From Burkholderiales bacterium (GTDB lineage Bacteria > Pseudomonadota > Gammaproteobacteria > Burkholderiales > JAEUOS01), in contig DASYEQ010000116.1 in assembly GCA_036498945.1 (NCBI GenBank), positions 38,641-102,640 on the forward strand: a DNA stretch of 64,000 bases, read 5' to 3'. Made by a program: the position numbers and the translations under genes. Of this stretch, positions 51,259 through 62,871 are shown piece after piece; within the stretch, counting starts at the first letter, position 1, and the number at the start of each line of letters is the position of its first letter. The notes under the pieces were generated by a model. That model was not told the origin of the DNA. It saw only the letters and a program-made list of their open reading frames with translations, and searched no databases.

Positions 51259-51401
51259 GGCATTTTACCCGATTCGCGCCCGGCCGGCGGTATCACCAGG
51301 CGCTACCCGGAGTAGCAGTTGATGCTGCACGCAGGGCCTGACTATCACCTACGGAGGGACCGGCGTAGGGTGTTCCGCTTCCACTCCGCGAGCCCCCCTT
51401 C

Positions 51402-52178
51402 ATGAACCTCACCCCGCGCGAACGCGCCCTCGCCGGCCTGATCGCCCTCCTGGCCGTCGCCGCCTGCGCCCTGCCCTTGATTCCGCAGGATGAAGGCTTT
51501 CACCAGTTTGCCGACACGCGCAGCTGGCTGGGCATTTCCAACGCCTGGAACGTACTGTCGAACCTGCCTTTCGCCTTCGCCGGCGCCGCCGGGCTTGGCC
51601 TCATGGCGCTACACCGCCTGCGCCTGCCCAATGGCGCCTTCGCAGTGAATGCAACGCTGTTTTTCCTCGGCCTGATCGTCACAGCCTTGTGCTCCGGCTG
51701 GTACCACGCCGCACCGGACGCCGCCCGCCTGGTCTACGACCGCATGGGCATGGTGCTGGCCTTTGCCGGCACCTTCGGCATGCTGGCGGCCGACAAGGTG
51801 AGCGCGCGCGCCGGCTGGCTGCTGGGCGCGCTGGCCCTGGCCGCCGGGCCGCTATCGGTACTCTGGTGGCTCGCCAGCGGCAGCCTCGCGCCCTATGCGG
51901 TGGTGCAGTTCGGCGGCATGTTGCTGCTGCTGACCGCGGCGGTGTTCTGGCGCGAGCGTAGCGGGCCGGCCTGGGGCTGGGTGCTGGGGCTGTATGCGCT
52001 GGCGAAGGTGTGCGAGGTGTATGACCTGGAGATTTATCGCTGGACGGCGCATTGCGTCAGCGGGCATGCGCTCAAGCACCTGGTGGCGGCGGGAACGGCG
52101 CTGGCGGTGATGGTGCCGATGTTGCACCGTGAGAAAGATACTGAAGTGCCACCGTCGCGCTGGCGCGCGACTGTTTAA
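51402..52178 (+). CDS. ceramidase-like / multi-TM hypothetical membrane protein
   Basis: Seven predicted TM helices with conserved His residues; weak family call. Confidence 0.55.
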   Translation: MNLTPRERALAGLIALLAVAACALPLIPQDEGFHQFADTRSWLGISNAWNVLSNLPFAFAGAAGLGLMALHRLRLPNGAFAVNATLFFLGLIVTALCSGWYHAAPDAARLVYDRMGMVLAFAGTFGMLAADKVSARAGWLLGALALAAGPLSVLWWLASGSLAPYAVVQFGGMLLLLTAAVFWRERSGPAWGWVLGLYALAKVCEVYDLEIYRWTAHCVSGHALKHLVAAGTALAVMVPMLHREKDTEVPPSRWRATV

Positions 52179-52192
52179 CAGCGTCAAAATGC

Positions 52193-52228
52193 AAACAGCC
52201 GGCATGCGCCGGCTGTTTGGTTTTTGGC
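52193..52228. terminator. intrinsic terminator AAACAGCCGGC-atgc-GCCGGCTGTTT followed by GGTTTTT
   Basis: 11-bp perfect stem and a T-run after the + strand gene; lies between convergent genes. Confidence 0.7.
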
Positions 52229-52317
52229 CTCGGCCACCGCTTGCGCGGCTTAACTTCGCGGGGCAAAGTTAACCTGCGCCGGAAGACCGAAGAGGCGCAC
52301 GGAACGCGCGCCCGGCC

Positions 52318-53481
<1,164 letters not shown>

Positions 53482-53600
53482 GGCTGGCTCTTGTAAGGTC
53501 GACGGTCTGCGCGACGGGTGTTGATCAAGCCTGTCATTTTAGCAGAGTCGCCTTTGCGCTTCGGTTACACATCCCGGCCCCAAAGGCCCTCCCCGCCACA

Positions 53601-54497
53601 TTGCTCAAACTCCTGTTTTCCTGCGTTTCGCGCCTGCCCCTTTCGCTGCTGCACGCCATCGGCGGCGCGGCGGGCGCGGTCGCGTGGCACTTGCCGGCAT
53701 CCTTTCGCCGCCACATCGCCGCCAACATGACGCAGGCGGGCTACGCCGACCCGGCGCTGCACCGCGCCGCCGCGCGCGAGATCGGCCGTGCGATGCTGGA
53801 AATCCCGGCGATCTGGCTGCGCCCGCTGGAGGCGGTCGCCCGCCTGGTGGTGGAAACCCAAGGCTGGGAGCACATCGAGGCCGCGCAGGCGGCGAATCGC
53901 CCGATCGTCTTCCTCACCCCGCACCTGGGCTGCTTCGAGATCACCGCGCAGGCTTACGCTCATCGCACCCGGCCGGACAAGCCGATCACCGCGCTCTACC
54001 GCCCGCCGCGCAAGGCAATGCTGACCCCCCTGATCACCGCCGGGCGCAACCGCCCCAATATGCGCCTGGCCGCCGCCGACCTGGGCGGGGTGCGTGCACT
54101 GATCCGGGCGCTACGCAACGGCGAAGCCGTGGGCCTCCTGCCGGACCAGGCGCCGCGTTTTGGCGAAGGCGTGTGGGCGCCGTTTTTCGGCCGCCCCGCC
54201 TTCACCCTGACGCTGGTGCGCCGCCTGGTGCGTGCCGGCAATGCGGTGATCCTGCTGGCCTTTGCCGAGCGCCTGCCGCGCGCCGCCGGTTACCGCCTGG
54301 TGATCCTGCCCTTCGAAGGCGCGCTTTCCGAGGACGAGGCCGAAGCTGCCACCCAGATGAACCAGGCGCTTGAATCCCTGATCCGCCGCATCCCGACCCA
54401 ATACCTGTGGAATTACAACCGCTACAAAGTCCCGCCCGGCGTACCGCAGCCACCTGCCGCTCCATCCGCCGAAAAACCGGCGGCGAACCCGGCATGA
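53601..54497 (+). CDS. lpxL: lipid A biosynthesis lauroyl/myristoyl acyltransferase (LpxL/HtrB family)
   Basis: LPLAT-family acyltransferase of ~300 aa; LPDQ motif; TTG start at 53601. Confidence 0.8.
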   Translation: MLKLLFSCVSRLPLSLLHAIGGAAGAVAWHLPASFRRHIAANMTQAGYADPALHRAAAREIGRAMLEIPAIWLRPLEAVARLVVETQGWEHIEAAQAANRPIVFLTPHLGCFEITAQAYAHRTRPDKPITALYRPPRKAMLTPLITAGRNRPNMRLAAADLGGVRALIRALRNGEAVGLLPDQAPRFGEGVWAPFFGRPAFTLTLVRRLVRAGNAVILLAFAERLPRAAGYRLVILPFEGALSEDEAEAATQMNQALESLIRRIPTQYLWNYNRYKVPPGVPQPPAAPSAEKPAANPA

Positions 54498-54507
54498 GGC
54501 GCGCGCA

Positions 54508-55368
54508 ATGAGCCGCATTGCCATCGCGCTGATGTACCTGGTGCACTTCCTGCCGGTACCGCTGATCCGCACCCTGAGCGCGGGCGTGGGCCACCTGCTT
54601 TACTGGATCGGCGGTTCGCGCCGCCGCGTCGCGCGCACCAACCTCACGCTCGCCTTCCCTGACCTCGAGCCGCAAGCGCGCGAGCGCCTGGTACGCGAAG
54701 TATTCGTGCGCTTCGCGCAAGGCGTGTTCGACCGCGCGGTGCTCTGGTACGGGTCGGAAAAACGCCTGCGCGATTTCGTGCAGGTGGAAGGCGAGGAGCA
54801 CATGCTGCCGCTCCTGGGCCGCCCGCTGATCCTGCTGGCGCCGCATTTCGCCGGCATGGAAGCCGGCGGCACCCGCATCTCGATGGACCGGCAGGTGGTG
54901 AGCCTGTTTGCCAACCAGAAAGACCCGCATTTCGACCGCGCGCTGCGGGCCGGGCGCTCGCGCTTCAACGACACCATCCTGGTGTCGCGCCAGGACAGCG
55001 TGCGCAAGGCGGTACGCGAACTGGCCAAGGCGATTCCCTTCTTCTACCTGCCGGACATGGACCTGGGGCCACGCGACGCCGTCTTCGTGCCCTTCTTCGG
55101 CACGCCCGCCGCCACGGTGACGGCGGTATCGCGCCTGGCGAAACTGACCGGCGCCGCCGTCGTGCCTTGCGTCACGCGCATGAGCGGCAACGGCTACGTC
55201 GTGCGTCTGTTTCCCGCCTGGGAAAACTTCCCGAGCGAGAGCCTGGAAGAAGACGCGCGGCGCATGAACGCCTTCATCGAGGAGCAGGTACGCACGATGC
55301 CGGCGCAGTACCATTGGCTGCACCGGCGCTACAAGACCCGCCCGCCGGGCGAGCCCTCCCTCTACTGA
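54508..55368 (+). CDS. second lipid A late acyltransferase (LpxL/LpxM family paralog)
   Basis: Paralog of the preceding gene (HFAGMEAGG, YLPDMDLGP). Confidence 0.8.
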   Translation: MSRIAIALMYLVHFLPVPLIRTLSAGVGHLLYWIGGSRRRVARTNLTLAFPDLEPQARERLVREVFVRFAQGVFDRAVLWYGSEKRLRDFVQVEGEEHMLPLLGRPLILLAPHFAGMEAGGTRISMDRQVVSLFANQKDPHFDRALRAGRSRFNDTILVSRQDSVRKAVRELAKAIPFFYLPDMDLGPRDAVFVPFFGTPAATVTAVSRLAKLTGAAVVPCVTRMSGNGYVVRLFPAWENFPSESLEEDARRMNAFIEEQVRTMPAQYHWLHRRYKTRPPGEPSLY

Positions 55369-55375
55369 AAGCCGT

Positions 55376-55984
55376 TTGACCGCCGCGATGGAATACGATT
55401 TTTTCTCCGCCGCCGTGCTGTTGCTGCTGGTGTTCGACCCTTTCGGCAGCATCCCGGTATTCGCCGCCGCCCTCAACCGCGTGGCGCCGGAACGCCGTTT
55501 CATGGTGCTGATCCGCGAATGCATGGTCGCCTTCGCGGTGCTGGCGGCGTTCCTGTTCGGCGGCGAGGGTTTCCTGCACCTGATGCATCTCTCCTACCCG
55601 GCCTTGCAGCTTTCCGGCGGCATCGTGCTGTTCCTGATCGCGCTGCGCATGATCTTTCCCTCGCCCGAGGGCATATTCGGCGCCCTGCCGGACCGTGAAC
55701 CGATGATCTTTCCGCTCGCCGTGCCGATGCTCGCCGGCCCCTCGGCGCTGGCCACCGTGCTGTTGCTGGGCGCGCAGCATCCGGAGCGCAAGTTCGAATG
55801 GCTGGCGGCCCTGGCCTTGGCTACGGTGGTCAGTGCGCTGATTCTCGGCGCCGCCGACCGCCTGCAGCGCTTTCTCGGCGAACCGGTGGTGGCCGCCTTC
55901 GAGCGCCTGATGGGGCTGGTGCTCTCCGCGCTGGCGGTGGAAATGCTGCTCTCCGGCCTGCGCGCGATCCGCGTGATCGCGTAA
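55376..55984 (+). CDS. MarC-family (UPF0056) integral membrane protein
   Basis: Six TM segments in the MarC size class; possible start at 55388. Confidence 0.75.
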   Translation: MTAAMEYDFFSAAVLLLLVFDPFGSIPVFAAALNRVAPERRFMVLIRECMVAFAVLAAFLFGGEGFLHLMHLSYPALQLSGGIVLFLIALRMIFPSPEGIFGALPDREPMIFPLAVPMLAGPSALATVLLLGAQHPERKFEWLAALALATVVSALILGAADRLQRFLGEPVVAAFERLMGLVLSALAVEMLLSGLRAIRVIA

Positions 55985-56001
55985 GTGCGGGATAATCCAG
56001 C

Positions 56002-56157
56002 GTCCTGTTCCGCAGGTTTGTCGCAAAAATAAAAGTGACGAAATCGGGCCGAGACAAGGAGAAAAGCGCAGCGAGGGCGTTCCCTCGCGAGCATTTTCGA
56101 CGCCGTATTCGGCTTGATTCCCGTCGCCTTTTATGCGACAAACCTGCGGAACAGGAC
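56002..56157. repeat. long-range inverted repeat (24 bp perfect, about 30 with one indel: GTCCTGTTCCGCAGGTTTGTCGCA...TGCGACAAACCTGCGGAACAGGAC) enclosing about 95 bp with an internal GCGAGGG-cgtt-CCCTCGC hairpin
   Basis: Read from the sequence; marC-dapF intergenic region. Confidence 0.65.
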
Positions 56158-56162
56158 ACTCG

Positions 56163-57023
56163 ATGAAACTCAAGTTCACCAAGATGCACGGCGCCGGCAA
56201 CGACTTCGTCGTGCTTGACGGTATCAGCCAGCGCATCGACCTTACCGAAGCGCAATGGCGCCATCTCTCCGACCGCCATTTCGGCGTCGGCGCCGACCAG
56301 ATGCTGGTGGTGGAAAAGGCGCAGACGCCGGAAGCGGATTTCCGCTATCGCATCATCAATGCCGACGGCGGCGAAGTCGAGCAATGCGGCAACGGCGCGC
56401 GTTGCTTCGTGCGCTTCGTGCACGACAAGGGCCTGACGCCGAAAACAAAGATTCGCGTCGAGACCCTGGGCGGCCTGATCGAGCCGCAACTGGAGGCCGA
56501 CGGCGAAGTGACGGTGGACATGGGCATCCCCTCCTTCGAGCCGGCGATGCTGCCCTTCGACCTCAAGCATGCGCACGCCACGCCGGCGCCGCACCAATAT
56601 TGGCTCGACGTCGGCGCCGGCAAGGTGTTGATCGACATCGTCTCCATGGGCAACCCGCACGCGGTGCAGGTGGTGGAAGACGTCGAAGAGGCGCCCGTAT
56701 TGACGCAAGGCCCGCTGATCGAGGCGCACATGGCCTTCCCACGCCGGGTCAATGCCGGCTACATGCAGGTGGTTTCGCCGACGCATATCAAGCTGCGCGT
56801 CTACGAGCGCGGCGCCGGCGAGACGCTGGCCTGCGGCACCGGCGCCTGCGCCGCGGTGGTCACCGGCATCGAGCGGGGGCTGTTGACGCGCGACGCGCCG
56901 GTGCTGGTTACCACTCACGGCGGCGACTTGCGTATCCGCTGGGCCGGCCCCGGCCGGCCGGTGCTGATGACCGGCCCCGCGGCCACGGTATTCGAAGGCG
57001 AAATCGACCTGCCGGATGCCTGA
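56163..57023 (+). CDS. dapF: diaminopimelate epimerase
   Basis: [19 protein letters not shown]...CGNGARC...GTGACAAVV two-Cys active-site motifs. Confidence 0.9.
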   Translation: MKLKFTKMHGAGNDFVVLDGISQRIDLTEAQWRHLSDRHFGVGADQMLVVEKAQTPEADFRYRIINADGGEVEQCGNGARCFVRFVHDKGLTPKTKIRVETLGGLIEPQLEADGEVTVDMGIPSFEPAMLPFDLKHAHATPAPHQYWLDVGAGKVLIDIVSMGNPHAVQVVEDVEEAPVLTQGPLIEAHMAFPRRVNAGYMQVVSPTHIKLRVYERGAGETLACGTGACAAVVTGIERGLLTRDAPVLVTTHGGDLRIRWAGPGRPVLMTGPAATVFEGEIDLPDA

Positions 57024-57106
57024 AGTCTCCAGCGCCTGAAGCGCCCTGCCGGCACAAAAAACGTACAATCGCGGCAAATCGCCACGTCCCTACACGGACC
57101 GCTCTC

Positions 57107-57811
57107 ATGACCCCCGACGCCGTCGCGCAATATCTGCAGCACAATCCCAAGTTCTTCGAGGACTACGCCGACATGCTGGCGGGGATTTTCGTGCCCCACC
57201 CGCACGGCGGCCGCGCCATCTCGCTGCCCGAGCGGCAAATGCTCACCCTGCGCGAAAAGGTGCGCTCCCTCGAACACAACCTGGGCGACCTGATTGAAGT
57301 CGGGCAGAACAACGACGCGCTCTCGGGCAAGATGCACCGCCTGATCCTGGCCCTCCTGCGCCTGCCGAAGGAGTCGCCCGAGCGCATCATCGAAACGCTG
57401 AACTATCACCTGCGCGAGGACTTCTCGATTCCGCACACGGCCTTCCGCCTGTGGGGCGTGAAGTCGGAATACCTGGGCCTGGACGAAAGCCTGAACATCA
57501 GCGACGAACTGCGCAACCTCGCCGCCGCCGCCACCTCGCCGCTCAAGCTGCCGTATTGCGGGCCGATCAAGGGCTATGCGCAGGACGGCGTGGAGATCGG
57601 CAAGGAGATCGCCATCTGGTTCGGCGAATCGGGCACCCACCTGAAGTCGCTCGGCCTGATGTGGATCTACGGCGGCGCCAGCTCCGGCGGCCTGCTGGCG
57701 CTGGCTTCCGAGGACGAAAAGCGTTTCTACCCCGGCATGGGCACCATGTACCTGGAGCGCCTGGCCGACCTCACGGCCGCCGCGCTGGTCCACGTGTTCC
57801 CGGAAAAGTAG
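57107..57811 (+). CDS. DUF484-family protein (conserved dapF-DUF484-xerC operon partner)
   Basis: MTPDAVAQYLQHNPKFFEDYADML...; conserved synteny. Confidence 0.8.
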   Translation: MTPDAVAQYLQHNPKFFEDYADMLAGIFVPHPHGGRAISLPERQMLTLREKVRSLEHNLGDLIEVGQNNDALSGKMHRLILALLRLPKESPERIIETLNYHLREDFSIPHTAFRLWGVKSEYLGLDESLNISDELRNLAAAATSPLKLPYCGPIKGYAQDGVEIGKEIAIWFGESGTHLKSLGLMWIYGGASSGGLLALASEDEKRFYPGMGTMYLERLADLTAAALVHVFPEK

Positions 57812-57821
57812 GCGGGAGCGA

Positions 57822-58913
57822 ATGGAAGCAGCCCGCGGCGAGATCGGCGAACTCGCCGCCGCTTTCGGCAATTACCTCGCCGCCGAACGCCAGTATTCGC
57901 CGCAGACGGTGATGCATTACCTGCGCGATCTCGACGAGTTGCGCAAGCTGGCGGATGAATTCGCGCGCGGCAAGGCACTGTACGAGCTTTCCGCCGCGCA
58001 CATCCGCAGCTTCGCCGCGCGCCTGCACCAGCGCGGGCTTTCCGGGAAGTCGATCGCGCGCTACCTCTCCTCCTGGCGCGGCTTCTACAAATGGGGCTGC
58101 CGCACGCGCGGCTTCACGGCCAATCCGGCGATCGGCATCCGCGCGCCGAAGGCGCCGAAAAACCTGCCCAAGGCGCTGTCGGTGGACCATGCGATGGCGC
58201 TCCTGGATAACGCCGCGCCGGACCCGGACGACCCGATGCAAACGCGCGACGCGGCGATGTTCGAACTGTTCTACTCCTCCGGGCTGCGGCTGTCGGAAGT
58301 CATCGGCCTCGATGTGGAGCGCCGCGCCGATTCGCGCGGCTGGCTCTCCGAGCGCGATGCCGAGGTGACGGTGATCGGCAAGGGCAACAAGACGCGCACG
58401 GTGCCGGTGGGCGCGCAGGCCCTGGCAGCGCTGAAACGCTGGCGCGAAGTGCGTGCCGCGCTGCCATGCAGCGAACCCAATGCCCTGTTCCTCTCGCCAC
58501 GCGGCAAGCGCGTCACGCCGGGGCTGATCTACACGCGCCTGAAGCGCTGGGCGCAAAGATCCGGCGTGCCGGTGAAAGTGCACCCGCACGTGCTGCGCCA
58601 CTCCTTCGCCACCCACGTGCTGCAAAGCTCGCAGGACCTGCGCGCGGTGCAGGAACTGCTGGGACACGCCAACATCTCGACCACGCAGGTGTATACGCAC
58701 CTGGACTTCCAGCAACTGGCGAAGGTGTACGACGCCGCCCATCCGCGGGCTAGACGCGCGGATCCTGAATCCTCGCGGGCCAGACGCGCGGATCCTGAGT
58801 CGTCGCGGGCCCGGCGCGCGGAAGAAAAGACGCCGCGCGCAAAACCCGCACCGGCAGGCGAAACAACTTCAGGCACGCCCGCCGCCAAACCTACCCGCAA
58901 GACACGCACGTGA
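57822..58913 (+). CDS. xerC: tyrosine recombinase XerC with an unusual basic/Pro-rich C-terminal extension containing a 10-aa tandem duplication
   Basis: R..HxxR..Y catalytic motifs (VHPHVLRHSFATHVL, GHANISTTQVYTHL); the tail ARRADPESSR-ARRADPESSR is encoded by a 30-bp direct repeat at 58744-58803. Confidence 0.85.
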   Translation: MEAARGEIGELAAAFGNYLAAERQYSPQTVMHYLRDLDELRKLADEFARGKALYELSAAHIRSFAARLHQRGLSGKSIARYLSSWRGFYKWGCRTRGFTANPAIGIRAPKAPKNLPKALSVDHAMALLDNAAPDPDDPMQTRDAAMFELFYSSGLRLSEVIGLDVERRADSRGWLSERDAEVTVIGKGNKTRTVPVGAQALAALKRWREVRAALPCSEPNALFLSPRGKRVTPGLIYTRLKRWAQRSGVPVKVHPHVLRHSFATHVLQSSQDLRAVQELLGHANISTTQVYTHLDFQQLAKVYDAAHPRARRADPESSRARRADPESSRARRAEEKTPRAKPAPAGETTSGTPAAKPTRKTRT

Positions 58914-60109
58914 AGCCACGCAAGAGCATCATCCTCAAGCCCGGCAAGGACAAGTCCCTGCTGCGCCGCCATCCCTGGATTTTTTCCGGCGCCATTGCCA
59001 AGGTCGAGGGCGACCCCGGCCCGGGCGATACCGTGCGCGTGCTGGGCAGCGACGGCGGCTTCCTGGCGCAGGCGGCGTTCAGCCCGCAATCGCAAATCCG
59101 CGCGCGCGCCTGGAGCTTCGAGGCCGACGAAACCATCGATGCCGGATTTTTCCGCCGCCGCCTCAAGGCCGCGCTCGATTACCGCGCGACGCTGGCCATT
59201 GATTCCGATGCCCTGCGTCTGGTGCACGGCGAATGCGACGGCCTGCCCGGGCTGGTGGTGGACCGCTATGCGGGCCAGCTCGTGGTGCAGTGCTCCGGCA
59301 CCGGCGTTGAGGCCTGGCGCGAGGAGATCGCCGATGCGCTGGCCGAGCTGACCGGCTGCGCCAATCTATACGAACGCTCGGATGCGGATGTGCGCGGCCT
59401 CGAAGGCCTGGATCCGCGCACCGGCGTGCTGCGCGGCGCCGCGCCCGCCGGGCCCGTCGTCATCAGCGAGCACGGCCGCAAGATCGAAGTCGACGTGCCG
59501 GCCGGCCACAAGACCGGCTTTTATCTCGACCAGCGCGACAATCGCCAGCGCGTTTTCGAGGCCGCGGCGCGCATGCAGGGCGGCGAGATGCTCAACTGCT
59601 TTTGCTACACCGGGGCGTTTTCGCTGGCCATGCTGGCGGGCGGCGCAGGCTCGGTGCTCTCCATCGACTCCTCCGGCCCGGCGCTGGAACTGGCACGCGC
59701 CAACGTTGCGCTCAACGGCCTGGACGCAACCAAGGCCGAGTGGCTGGAGGCCGACGTTTTCAAGGCGCTGCGCGACCTGCGCAACCAGGGGCGCACGTTC
59801 GACCTCATCGTGCTCGATCCGCCGAAATTCGCGCCGACGCCGGCCTCGGTGGAGCGCGCCAGCCGCGCCTACAAGGACATCAACCTCTTGGGCCTGAAGA
59901 TGCTCAAGCCCGGCGGCTTGTTGTTCACTTATTCCTGCTCGGGCGGCGTCAGCCCGGACCTGTTCGGCAAGATCGTCGCCGGCGCGGCCACCGATGCGCA
60001 GGTGGACGCGCGCATCGAGGCGCGCCTGACTGCGGGCGCGGACCATCCGCTGCTGCTTTCCTTCCCCGAGGGGGAATACCTCAAGGGGCTGGTGCTGCGC
60101 AAGCTTTAG
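58910..60109 (+). CDS. rlmI: 23S rRNA (cytosine1962-C5)-methyltransferase
   Basis: PUA-like N-terminus plus class I MTase (DLIVLDPPKFA); GTG start overlapping the xerC stop. Confidence 0.8.
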   Translation: MKPRKSIILKPGKDKSLLRRHPWIFSGAIAKVEGDPGPGDTVRVLGSDGGFLAQAAFSPQSQIRARAWSFEADETIDAGFFRRRLKAALDYRATLAIDSDALRLVHGECDGLPGLVVDRYAGQLVVQCSGTGVEAWREEIADALAELTGCANLYERSDADVRGLEGLDPRTGVLRGAAPAGPVVISEHGRKIEVDVPAGHKTGFYLDQRDNRQRVFEAAARMQGGEMLNCFCYTGAFSLAMLAGGAGSVLSIDSSGPALELARANVALNGLDATKAEWLEADVFKALRDLRNQGRTFDLIVLDPPKFAPTPASVERASRAYKDINLLGLKMLKPGGLLFTYSCSGGVSPDLFGKIVAGAATDAQVDARIEARLTAGADHPLLLSFPEGEYLKGLVLRKL

Positions 60110-60128
60110 GTGTCTGCGGGGTGGGTGC

Positions 60129-60827
60129 CTAAGTCGCCCAGGGCGCACGCCGGCCGACCAGGCGCTCCAGTGCGTCCATTTCCGCGTCGGTGTGCATGCC
60201 GAAGCTGGCGGGAATCATCATCATGTTGTTGCTCGCGGCATCGCGCATGATGCGCCGCGGGTCGTGGTGCGAGGAGACCACCAGTTCCTCGGGGCCGCCG
60301 TTCAGGCTGGTCAACTGGATGGCGCCGAAGCAGGTGCAGAAATAGACGCCTTCGTCGCGCGCTTCGGTGTAGCAGCCGGTGCCGCGGATGCCGGCGGTGA
60401 CGGTGGGCGTGCTCAAGGTGACGCCGCCGACGCTACGCTTGCCGAATACCGCCCCCAGGGCGCCGGTGATCATGCGTAGCGTGCTGATCACACCGGCCGT
60501 GGCGGATTCCAGGTGCAGTTCGGAATTCTCGCGCAGGAAAAAGGCGTCGCTGCCGACCACGAAGCTGATGCGGCCGTCGGCACCGGTCACCACCGTATCG
60601 CCCGGGCGGATGGGGGCGCTGGCAGCAACCTTCTCGCCATTGACCCGCACCAAGCCGCGCAGATTGCGGATGCTGCGCGTCTTGCGCACCGTCTCTTGCG
60701 CCAGCAGCGGCGGCGCCGCGACGCCTGCGGCCAGGGCGGCGGCACCGGCGAGGAAACGGCGCCGCGGCCCGTGTGGCCGGTCACAGGCGCAAATAGACGC
60801 GGCCAGGTGCGAAGAAGCGCTTTTCAT
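60129..60827 (-). CDS. Tat-signal FecR-domain-like periplasmic protein
   Basis: RRRFLAGAAALAAGVAAPPLLA twin-arginine signal; FecR-like beta domain. Confidence 0.55.
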   Translation of the reverse strand: MKSASSHLAASICACDRPHGPRRRFLAGAAALAAGVAAPPLLAQETVRKTRSIRNLRGLVRVNGEKVAASAPIRPGDTVVTGADGRISFVVGSDAFFLRENSELHLESATAGVISTLRMITGALGAVFGKRSVGGVTLSTPTVTAGIRGTGCYTEARDEGVYFCTCFGAIQLTSLNGGPEELVVSSHHDPRRIMRDAASNNMMMIPASFGMHTDAEMDALERLVGRRAPWAT

Positions 60828-61171
60828 CGAGTGATCCTCCTGAGTTGTTCTGATTGAGGCAGGCTTGTGAATGATACGGAGCCGGCGGCCTGCCGGGGCT
60901 ACGGAGTTCTACCTATGCCGCAGTGCGGGGGCGGCAAATCGGGCGGGCGGATTTACCGCGCCTTGTCGGATTTACCGGCGCTGCGCTTGAAACCGGCGGC
61001 CGGCGCCCCGATTTTCGCTCTCTTGGCAGAGGCAAAAATCCGGTACTTGCCAGCGTCATGCCGCATTCACACAAAGTTGGCCTCCGATTTGCTATGCTTT
61101 AACGCTTGAATCCGGGCCGGCGCGTGTTGGGCGGTTTGGCCGCCTCACCCCCGTCCCTTGCTGGAGATTTC

Positions 61172-62155
<984 letters not shown>

Positions 62156-62192
62156 TCGATCGTTCTTTTTTGAGTGTTTCAAGGGGAGATGC

Positions 62193-62642
62193 ATGGTACA
62201 GGCAGCAGCAGCGGCAAAACCCAAGGCAGCAGGGAAGATTCCGACCGAAGCGGAACTGCTCAAGATGCCAGCCAAGGACTACATGAACGAGGCGCAGTCG
62301 GCGTTCTTCCGCAACATGCTCGTCAACCTGAAGGAAGAGTTGATGACCAATGCGGGCGAGACTTCCGAGCACCTCCGTGAGACCCCTTCCGTGCCCGACC
62401 CGGCCGACCGCGCCACCATCGAGGAAGAGCACGCCCTTGAGCTGCGCACCCGCGATCGCGAGCGCAAGCTGATGAAAAAGATCGAGCAGGCGCTGCAACG
62501 CATCGAGTCGGGCGAATACGGCTACTGCGACGAGACCGGCGAGCCGATCGGCCTGAAGCGTCTCCTCGCCCGCCCCACTGCCACCCTCACCATCGAAGCG
62601 CAACAGCGCCGCGAGCTGAAACAGAAAATGTACGGGGAATAA
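62193..62642 (+). CDS. dksA: RNA polymerase-binding transcription factor DksA (variant lacking the 4-Cys zinc finger)
   Basis: DksA coiled-coil with DPADRATIEEE tip motif. The C-terminus YGYCDETGEPIG...TATLTIEAQ has a single Cys where canonical DksA has CxxC...CxxC. Confidence 0.85.
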   Translation: MVQAAAAAKPKAAGKIPTEAELLKMPAKDYMNEAQSAFFRNMLVNLKEELMTNAGETSEHLRETPSVPDPADRATIEEEHALELRTRDRERKLMKKIEQALQRIESGEYGYCDETGEPIGLKRLLARPTATLTIEAQQRRELKQKMYGE

Positions 62643-62661
62643 ACTCCGGCAGACCCAAAAC

Positions 62662-62692
62662 AAAAAACGGCGGGCTTCCCGCCGTTTTTTGT
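62662..62692 (+). terminator. intrinsic terminator ACGGCGGG-ctt-CCCGCCGT followed by a T6 run
   Basis: Perfect stem plus U-run after dksA. Confidence 0.8.
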
Positions 62693-62795
62693 GGGTGGCG
62701 CTGGCGCTTTTCACGCCGCTGCATGTTTCCCCACCGGCCGTTTACAACCGCCCCCGTGGCTCCGCCCGCAAAATTCCGCTATAATTATGGGCTTC

Positions 62796-62871
62796 GGCCA
62801 AGTAGCTCAGTCGGTAGAGCAGAGGATTGAAAATCCTTGTGTCGGTGGTTCGATTCCGCCCTTGGCCACCA
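62796..62871 (+). tRNA. tRNA-Phe (anticodon GAA)
   Basis: GGCCAAGTAGCTCAGTCGGTAGAGCAGAGGATTGAAAATCCTT...GGTTCGATTCCGCCCTTGGCCACCA: 7-bp acceptor stem, anticodon loop TTGAAAA, encoded CCA; TATAAT-like box at 62779. Confidence 0.9.

Noticed and set aside
58744-58803. 30-bp tandem direct repeat considered as a minimal CRISPR/VNTR
   Set aside because: There are only two units, with no spacers, and the repeat is in frame inside the xerC coding sequence; it is a coding duplication.
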